NCBI RefSeq assembly: GCF_009914755.1
Contig: NC_060936.1
DNA length: 64,000 nt
Strand: one strand, 5' to 3'
Origin: the human T2T-CHM13v2.0 reference genome, Homo sapiens
Shown piece by piece: positions 49,495-64,000 of the stretch (position 1 is the first letter of the stretch; each line of letters begins with the position of its first letter). The notes under the pieces were generated by a model, which saw nothing but the letters and a program-made list of their open reading frames with translations, was not told the DNA's origin and ran no database searches. Made by a program: the position numbers and the translations under genes.

Positions 49495-51474
49495 TTACCT
49501 AGTGTGTGGCCTTTCCTGGAGAAAGGCTCTGCACACTGCCCAAGAGCAGGCCTTAATGCCATGAGCTGAACCAGCGGGGCTGGACTCAAGGGTTCAAGGG
49601 TGCGGAGTGAGAGGAGAAACAACAAAGGGAAACTGGGGACAGCTGCTCTGGTGAACTCAAGGAAGCCACCTGAGATGGGGAGGGAAGGAAAAGGGGGTTA
49701 GTAGAGCTTCAGGGAAACGCAGAGGAGAAGACTGATTTCACCCGGTGATAGAAACAAAGGAAAAGGGAAAACAGAAGCCACGTTGTGGTGGTCAGTGCTG
49801 CAAGAAGGACTCTAGGAGAGATAGCTTCTAATGAGAAGAGGAACCGGGGCCAGCAAGACTGGCTCCAGGAGGAAAGTTCTGTGAGGTCCATGAAAGAGGA
49901 AGTAGGGAGGAATCGCTGTTGAAATTCTCATTGTGAATGGATGGATCCCAAGTCCTGGAGGAATGGGCAGAAAACAGAAAGCAAAGAAAAAGAAATGTAA
50001 AAGAAGGCTTCAAAGCCTAATTAAAGTCATATAAAGAGGATAAAGAGTAATTCAAAGAAGCAATGTGAGAAAAGAAACACTAAAAAGAAGACAAGAGGAC
50101 CCTAGGGAAGGAAAAACTGGGTGTACATTTGTGTAAGAAATCTAGGTATTACCTGTTTGAAGCAGTTTATTCACCAGGAACTAGGAAAGGAACTGGCTCT
50201 GTGGATTTCCTTACCAGACAATTTTCAGAGTGAGATTTTTGTTTACAGTTTATTATAAGAACCTTCCAAAGACTTATGGGATCTGGATCTGATGATACAT
50301 AACAATGCTTATGACCTAAAAAAGCAAAACGATTCACTTCATGGAAATGCATGTTCCCCGAAAGAAATCCATAGAGCCCCCTAATGAAATTTTCAAGAGA
50401 AAAGCTATGTACAAACATATGATCCGCTTCCTAAACGCCACAAGAAAGGTACAGGTGGAAGGAGTAGAGGAAGATTTCCACGGATTCTTGAGAAAAAAAT
50501 GAAATGGGAAATCTAAGACGAGTGCCCAACAAACCAAATAATGCAGGTTTCAAGAGCACAGAACTGAATGGGGTTTATTTAAACACACATACCAGCTGCT
50601 GCCACATGGCTACCAAATGGAAACTGAGCCAGGAGGGTGGCCCAGTTTCTAGGTACAAGAAAGAACAGAGGTTGTGACGCAACAGGAATGATGTTTCCAT
50701 TTGTATTTTATGAAGTTAACAGCCAAAATTCACCTCTGAAAACCTAAGTTTGGCAGTGGTATAAAGAAGGGAGGAAATTCCTGATGGAACAAGAAGGGAT
50801 TAAAAACAAAAGAGGGGAGATCAGCGGGAGGGCAGGCCTCTGATCTTCCCTGGCTGGCAGTGGTGGACAAGTAGGAAAATGATGTGAGCAGATGCTCAAG
50901 GAAAGTGGCCCTGAAATCAAAGGCTTTGAAGAGATAAGCAGAGTCCCTCAAGCAAAGCAATAAACAGAGAAACCAGGATGAATACATTGGAATCGAAATG
51001 ATGAAATGTAAAGTACCACAGAGAGGTTTCTAGAAAAGCATCCAGAGATGGAAATGGGGAAAAGAGAAAGATACAGCAGAAATAAATTGCATACGAGATT
51101 CTAGTGTGTGCTAGAAATGTAGGGAGGAAAGAGTGATGATAAAATTAAAAGAAAGAAGTGGATAGATCTTAGTGGCATGATTGAAATGGATAATGAAAGG
51201 GATCTTTATGAAACTGTTGCCAGGAGAAGGAAAGATATAGAAAGCGAAAAAAAGGCTGTAGGTTAATTCCAGTATGACAAGAATAACAAAGAAATGCATG
51301 AATTCTCAGCCAACAGCCCGTATCAAGAGACAAGCATGTTCTGGCTGTGTGTGAAGGGCACACCATGCCAGGGGCTCTCCCTGCCAACGCCTGCAGACTT
51401 TTGCTCCTCACCTGGACCTCACAGCGCACCTGTTTTCAATGACACATGGCGGAAAAGGGTCAAAAGATGAATAA

Positions 51475-51775
<301 letters not shown>

Positions 51776-52264
51776 GATAAAATGATACTCATTTCTTCCT
51801 TGGTCCCATCGACAAACATTTATCAAGAGATGTCTACGTGCCAAGCACGGTGCTTGATACTGAGAAAATACAATAATTGATAAGCAACATAGATATTCTG
51901 ACAAAAATGGAAGCAAAAAGGGGAGGAGGTCTAAAATATAGAATTTTCCAGATAAGACAGAGCAAAGTTCAAAGCCGTGAAAATGAGAGTCAATGTGAAA
52001 TATGACAGAAATGGGGACACCAAGGTGGACACAAGATGACCGTATATTCTCCTCGAAGGGGAACAAGATAGGAAAGGAAAGTGGGAAACAAAAAGTGGAA
52101 GTAACGTCAAGAGCCCCTAATGGGGCTCTAATAGGCTCTAACCTGAGTCCTAGCCCTTACTCAGCTGGTTCCCAGATGATCTTGAGCAAAGTGCTTCTGT
52201 GCTCTGAGCCTCAGTTCCCTTAACTATAAAATAAACTAATGATGTCTGGTCTAACTTGTGGTTG

Positions 52265-55623
<3,359 letters not shown>

Positions 55624-56138
55624 CCACCAGGAAAACTAGAAAAAGGCTCTGTCTACAGAAGGGACAGTGTAAACAGAATGGCAGAAGAGAGCAGAAACAG
55701 AGGATCTAGAAAGAAGAAGTATAATCCAACGCTGACATAGGGAGGAGGGAACTGTAAAATTAGAATCTGACAAGGTTTTAATAGGCAATAGGCAACGATC
55801 AATTAAAACAGGGCTGTCATGATACGTCTGGACAGACTCAGTTATTTGACCCATGAAGGTTCTGGAGATGAAGGCACTGCAACACCAGGTCTAAATGTGT
55901 CATCCCAAACATTTGTAGCTAAGTGGCAGAGAGAAATGACCAAGAATGATTCAGTTCAGTTCGGCACTCGTTTACTGGGGACCTTCTGACACCAGGCTCT
56001 GTGTCAGGTACAGAGGATATAAAAATTACTAAGACCAAGTCCATGCCTTTAAGGGGAAACCCAGTTCTACTGGGGGAAACAGGCATGGCAACACATCAGA
56101 AAGTAGTGTGTCCAAGCATCCACCTGTCACTTACCAGC

Positions 56139-56548
56139 TGAGAGAGTCTGGATATGTGCCCTGCCCAAATCTCATGTTGGATTGTAATCCCCCGTGTTGA
56201 AGGTGGGGCCTGGTGGGAGGTGACTGACCCACGGGAGTGGATTTCTCATTAATGGTTTAGCCCCAACCCCAGGATGCTGTCCTTACGAAAGTGAGTTCAT
56301 TCTCATGAGATCTGGTCGTTTCAAAGTGTCTGGCACCTCCCCCTCCCTTGCTCCTGTTTTGCCACGTGATATGCCTGCTTCGACTTTGCACTCCACCACG
56401 ATTGGAAGCTTCCTTAGGCCTCCCCAGAAGCAGATGCTGCTATGCTTCCTGTATAGCCTGCAGAACCATGAACCAATAATACCTCTTTTCTTATAAATTA
56501 CTCAGTCTCCGGTATTTCTTTGTAGCAGTGCAAGAATGGCCTAGCACA
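56139..56548 (+). mobile_element. MST (MSTA/B-like) solo LTR inserted in a MIR
   Basis: cccaaatctcatgttggattgtaatcccc...ggtggggcctggtgggaggtg; 5-bp TSD CCAGC. Confidence 0.9.
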
Positions 56549-57581
56549 CCAGCTATGTGGCTTTGCACAAATCCTTTAACCTCAGTTTCATCATCCATAA
56601 AATGAGGATAATAATAACCACCTAGCAAGACTAATGTGAACATTCTAGAAATAATTTTAAAAGTGCCTAGCTCACCACCTGGCCTATAGTAATTCAGCAG
56701 CTCTCAACTTGAGAACAAGACACACATTAGAATCTAGGTGGCAAAAGGAGGGTATTTCTAACTAGTCCCAGCCTACCTCCCACTCATATCCTGATTCCCC
56801 TGGAAGGATGTGCCTACCTATTCTAAACCCATTACCCTGGATGAAGAAACACTATGTCTCATGCACGATATAAAGTGTGGGAGTGTGTTTTGCATGTGAA
56901 TGATGCATAGGTAGAATAAAGTTTGAGAATCACTCTGTAAGCATTCATCTCAGTTCAACACTTATAAAGCACCTACTGTGTGCCAGGCTCATAAAAAAAC
57001 TAGTTTGGATTATTTCCACATAATGATAGAGGTATGTATAAAATCCTAAGAGAATATAATACAGGAGAAGGCACTCAGCCTGGGGGGTCAGGAAGGCCCA
57101 CAAGCCTTGGCAGTTACCCGGACTAGCAAAGGTGAGAAGATCATCTCAGGGGAATAGAAAGGTATAAGTTGGCAATAGCATGGTGTGTGCAAGGAACTAG
57201 GATCCAAGCATCAAACAGGGTCAAGGAATTAAATATTTGGGAGAGGCAGACAAGCGCAAGTTTATGAAAGACATGCAAAGAAACCTACTTAATCCTGTGG
57301 GTGGTGAGAGCCACAGAAGAGCATGATGAAAAGGAGACCCAGGCTCCTCTGTGCTCCAGGTCAGTATCTCTGAAAGCAGTTCCCAAGCTAAATGTCATGA
57401 TGAAAGCACAAGGAGCCTCAGAGAGCTCAGCCTGCAGAGGAATTCATTCCTCAGGGGCAGTGTGCACTGCTCACTCAACTTTGCTTCTCCAGCACCCACC
57501 CAAGTCTGACCCCACTGGAGGCACTAGGTTCATTGTACAGAACTGATATTAATAAACTTCCTTATCCAGAACTTGTGCAAT

Positions 57582-57890
57582 AGCCGAGCATAGTGGCTCA
57601 GGCCTGTAATTCCAACACTTTGGGAGGCCACGGCAGGCAGATTGCTTGAGCCCAGGAGTTCGAGACCAGCCTGGGCAACATGGTGAAGGCCCATCTCTAC
57701 AGAACTACAAAAATTAGCCAGGAGTGGTGGTGCACGCCTGTGGTCCCAGCTACTAAGGAGGCTGAGGTGGGAGGATCTCTTCAGTCTAGGAAGTCGAGGC
57801 TGCAGTGAGCCATGATTGCAACACTGCACTCCAGCCTGGGCAAAAGAGTGAGACCCTGTCTCCAATAAAAAAAAAAACAAAACAAAAAAG
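57582..57890 (+). mobile_element. AluJ
   Basis: TSD agaac(t/c)tgtgca. Confidence 0.92.
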
Positions 57891-57989
57891 AGAACCTGTG
57901 CATTTTAACATTATCTCCAACTATGGAATTCATTCAATCACCAACTTTTATTAACCATCAAGCAGGGAGGGAAGATATGAACAGAAATA

Positions 57990-58896
<907 letters not shown>

Positions 58897-59171
58897 AATT
58901 GCGATGAAGTGAAAGATAAAGGTTATAGTTCTAGTGTATCCACAGTGCTTTAGGAGATGAACTGTTAGGGAAAGCCAGAAAAATCTCCACCACGGAAAAA
59001 ATATTTGGCCTGCGTCTTGAAGGATAAATAGGAAGTCAGTACTCAGACAGGTGCCAGTGTTTTTCAGCCTGAGGCAGGGAGGTATGAGAGACAGCTGGAA
59101 GGGTTTGAGAATGGGTGGTGAGAACTTACACTTACTGGGGACTGGATATAAGAATGCAGTAAGACGTGGAC

Positions 59172-59690
59172 CTAGCACCGTGATTTTTCGACCTGGGCTA
59201 CACATCAGAAACACCTAGCGAGCTTTTAAATCTTCCAGGGCCCAAACCACATTGTGAACCAATTAAATCAGGACGTCTGGGGCTAGAAGCCAGTCATCAG
59301 TATCTTTTTTTAAGCTCCCAAAGTGATTCCAATGTGCTGCCAAGTCTCAGAACCACTAGTCTAGAAAGGAGGGATAAGGATTTTCAGCAGCCCCCACAGA
59401 ACCGGCCCTCCTGGTGACCCTGCAATCCTGGCACACACACCCCACCCCGCCTGGGAGAAAGACCGGCCACACCACAGTCATCGGCTGTTTCCTGCTGCTC
59501 CTTTCCTCCCACCAGCATTTTACTCTGAAATAGTGGTTCTCAAAGTGTGGTCTCCAGACTGTAGCATCAGCCTCAGGGGGAAATTCTTAAAAATGCAAAT
59601 TTCCCAGCCGCACCCTGGACGCATTCACCCAAAAACTCTGGGAGTGGAGCCCAGCAACTGAGCCATGCTAAGGTTGGTGAGCCGCTGCTC
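59172..59690. mobile_element. MER5B (59172-59362) and MER5A (59530-59690)
   Basis: ccaattaaatcagg...aagctcccaaagtgattccaatgtgc...gaaccact; tagtggttctcaaagtgtggtc...aaaatgcaaattt. Confidence 0.8.
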
Positions 59691-59779
59691 TGGAACATTG
59701 ATCCCTCCCAAACTGCAGCAAAGCAAGCACCTGGGTGTAGCTCTGGCTGTGTAGGTGCTACTACAATCTGCTGGAGTCA

Positions 59780-60800
59780 CTGCTTGTCGGCAGAGATGCC
59801 GTGGGAGCTGGCCTGGGTGCCTCCACGTTGGCCGTCACCACCAGGCAGTGGCCTTTGGCCTGGAATCGAAGGTACCAGAGGGCTGATAGCTCAGTTTTTT
59901 TATGGCACCAAGAAAAGACTTTCAGATTGGAGGTATGGGATTTTCTTTATTTTTTAATCCTCTTTTAATATAAAGTGGCCCCTTAGCAAACTTTCAAGAT
60001 ATTTCACATCAGAACTGGCCGGGAAATCCGGCATGTGGACAGACACGGATATGCCGTGTGCATTTTTCCGTTGGAGGAAGAGGGTAGGCTTGGGTGCTGG
60101 AGGGTGTTGCCTGGGGGCGGAGCGAGAAGGAAGAAAGGGCGCTGCTGGTTCACACCTCACCCATGCCCTCCTCTCAGGCCCCAATCAGGATGGAATTAAA
60201 AGACCCTGGGAGGAAAATAAGGAAAGCAACAAAGGAAATGAGTTCCCCATACAGAAAGGGAAATTGCCTTTCCCGTTAAGGTCAGACTGGTCCGAAGTAA
60301 AGGACTGGTGCGCCTTAGCAACCGCCTCTGCTGAAGCCCTAACGCTGGAGCTCTTTCGCCCTCGCAGAATAACCGGGACTTTCTTGCAGCCGGAACCAGC
60401 CACGTCCTGATTCCACACTCCCTTGAGGAGCCAGCCAGCTCCACATTTACTCAAAGAATCCGAAGGGCACCAAGTGGATGCTCTGCCACACGATTGAAGA
60501 GGGCAAGCTGTCTGGGGGGTTTTCCACCTCTTTTCAACTCAACTATTCTGAGCTGAAGTACTGGACCCGTTTTGTTTTTCCTGTTTTTTCCTGCTTCGGT
60601 AAATCTGGAAAAATCCTGCAGGTCTGAAAAACTGTTGGACTTGACAGCGTGTGTGTAGTGCCACCTGGTGACCACAGCTTATCAAAACAGCTTCCTTCTG
60701 GGGCTCTTGTGGATGTACATCAAAGGCTCCAGCTTCCAGACAGGTACACATCCTGTTCTCACGCCCGGCCCACTTTCCCGTGGGAATGTCAGCCACTCTG
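59780..60800. promoter_or_regulatory. Candidate enhancer/promoter: CpG-enriched unique DNA with kB-like sites, RFX half-site and CTCF motif
   Basis: GGGAAATCCG 60021, GGGAAATTGC 60258, CCTTAGCAAC 60313, GGGACTTTCT 60375, GGGGTTTTCC 60516, TGGTCACCAGGTGGCACTA (minus) 60656-60674. Confidence 0.55.
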
Positions 60801-61764
60801 ATTTGCCTTGGCTGAAAACCTCCTGTCTTTGCATGGAAAAAAACACAAATAATATGAACAAGCAACAGAGTTTTCTTTCTCTCTTAAGTAACCAAGCATT
60901 TAAAATCTTCTAAAGCACACATTTCCCTAATTGAGAAAGGAAGCAGAAGAAAAATTTCTGGCTGAAATTATAAATCATAATAAATGGTCGGAAATACCTT
61001 CTCCCTTAGATTCCTGGGGTCCTAGTGTAGAGGAGACTTCAGTTGCCCTTGACACTACAACATCCTGACTAAAAGCCTGTTTCCAAGGTGATATTTGATA
61101 GACATGAAGGACCCAGGTGGAAAAGAAGGTAGTCTGGACGGCACGGCAAGGAGTGGAACACGCAGGCTATGAGGTGTCAGCAGAAATCAGTTCTGGTCCT
61201 GGCACTGCTACCAACTTGCTGTGTGACCTTGGGAAGTTACTTAAGCTTTGTGGATCTCAATGCCCCAGACTCGTTAACTTCTTTACTATTTTTTCCCATA
61301 AATTCAGTGTTTCTGAAAGATGTTGCCCACCAGAATGCATCTCTAAAATAGGAGCTTAATAAGCTTTCTGTCTTGAGGGATCAGACGTATAAATGTCAGG
61401 CAGACCTTCTGATGATCATGATGCAACCAGAGTTACCACAGTGAGTCCATATCACAGACAAAGGCGAAGACACTTGATCCCTTCTTAACCTGGTCTCCCA
61501 CCCATGAATGATTTTTGTTAGGATTTCAGCATGTTGAAACTAACCCACAGACCCTAGTTACAACTTTCTCAGGGCCTGAGAGCTGGGGAATCCCAGTTTG
61601 GGAACCAAAAAACTAGAAAATCTTGAGGGCAACTCTGGCTGTCATGAACTAAAACAGAGCAAAGATGGAAGCCTGTGGTATGTGCGTGCAGGTAGAATCT
61701 CGATTTGAGAAATGGCGTTACAAGGAATTAACACTTCAGAAATGCCAGCTCTGTGCCAGGATTT

Positions 61765-62635
61765 TTTTATTTTATTATGTATATTTGTCATGGACAACAT
61801 GTTTTGGAATATGTATACATTGTGGAATGGTTAAATAAAGCTAATTACATATGCATGTGCTCACAAAGTTATCATTTTAGGGGTGACTTAAAATCTCTCA
61901 GTGATTTTCAAAAATATATGTTATTAATCATAGTTGCAATGTTGTACAATAGATCTCTTGAACATATATTCCTCTTGTCTAACTGAAATTTTATGTTCTT
62001 TGACCATCTCCCCAACTGCCCCCCAACAAGCCTGAAAGCCCTGGTAACCCCTATTCTACTCTCTACTTCTTTGAGTTCAACTTTTTAAGAGTCCACATAT
62101 GAGATCATGCAGTATTTGTCTTTCTGTGCCTGACTTATTTCACTTAGCACAATGTCCTTTGGGTTCATCTATGTCACAAGCAACAGGATGTCCTCCTTTT
62201 TAAAAGACTGAATAGTATTCCATGGTGTGTTTTCTTTATCCAACCCCATTTTCTTTATCCATCCATCCGTTGATGAACACTTAAACACTTAGTTGGTTTC
62301 AAATCTTGGCTATTGTGAATAGTGCTGCAATGAACATGGCAGTACAGATACCTCTTCAACATACCAATTTTATTTCCTTTGGATATATATACCCAGGAGT
62401 GGGATTGCTAGATCATATGGTAGTACTATTTTTAATTTTTTAAGGAACCTCCATACTGTTTTCTGCAATGGCTGTGTTAATTTACATTCCCACCAGCAGT
62501 GCACAAGGCTTCCCTGCTCTCCACAACCTCGCTAGCATTTGTTATCTTTCATCTTTTTGATAACAGCATTCCAACAGGTATGAGGTGATATCTCATTGTG
62601 GTTTTAACATGTATTTCTCTGATAATTAGTGCAGA
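61765..62635 (-). mobile_element. L1MA-type 3' end
   Basis: gagatcatgcagtatttgtctttctgtgcctgacttatttcacttagc; ggctattgtgaatagtgctgcaatgaacatgg. Confidence 0.92.
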
Positions 62636-63144
62636 AGTTTTAGATACAGAATCACAGTTAGTCCTGACAATAATCTCTAAAATACCCATGCAGATGGGGA
62701 AAGAGCTGCAGAGAAGTTAAAGAAATTGTCTGCACCTTACAGCTGAGACCAGAACCAGGTCTGTATAATTTCAGAGCACATAATCTTTCAAAGTAACCTA
62801 ACAAAATCACAGCAACTTTTAGGTTCACAGAGAACAGGCCAAAAAAACAAACAAACAAAAAGAAAGAAATTATAGTAATTTCCAGGTATGAACCAGTAAT
62901 CCAAACTAAACATATTTTGTTGAATGAATATCCTGGATTCTACTATGTTTCTCCAAGTCCCCACTGTCTTAAAACATAGCATTTGGGGTTCAGTAGTTAC
63001 TGATAAACCTTTTGCATATCTATGCACTGTTAGTTCTTTACCCTACACATTATTTTATTGTAGTAAAGCCAATTTTCTGACATTTATCTGAAAGCAAACT
63101 GTGAAGTACTTCCATTCTACTTCCTGGTGATTTTTAGTGACCTG

Positions 63145-63875
<731 letters not shown>

Positions 63876-64000
63876 TTCAGGGTAATGTGGCATTTCAAGA
63901 CATGAAAGCTCAGTTCTGTAATATTTTCTTCTCTTATTCCTTTGATAATTTTCTTCTACCCATCATCTGTTTTCTCTTTCTGAAACTTCTACTAGTTAAA

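Overview
Primate (human or close hominoid) non-coding genomic DNA, dominated by interspersed repeats. These include about 35 Alu elements or fragments, old L1 fragments, L2/CR1/MIR relics, solo LTRs (MER41A, MER41B, MER21, LTR40, MLT1, MLT2, MST) and DNA-transposon fossils (MADE1, MER1B, MER5, MER58, MER63, MER81, Tigger3, hAT-Tip100). I find no credible protein-coding gene: the supplied ORFs are short, many start at GTG/TTG, and most are Alu/L1/simple-repeat read-through. I could not identify the locus and see no evidence for a novel multi-gene system. Features the repeat list does not explain: a ~250-bp inverted local duplication (35.6-37.1 kb), a ~180-bp direct duplication inside an old L1 (53.2/55.1 kb), and several atypical Alu insertions (tail-less with TSD, AluYd-type, trimeric, a templated 19-mer). 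Also notable are an adjacent MER41A/MER41B pair differing in STAT GAS sites, candidate immune regulatory motif clusters (37-39.4 kb; NF-kB/RFX/CTCF at 60.0-60.7 kb) and a few well-formed splice-signal sets that could belong to lncRNA exons. Repeat subfamily names are from recalled consensus sequences and need RepeatMasker/Dfam confirmation; boundaries without a TSD are approximate.
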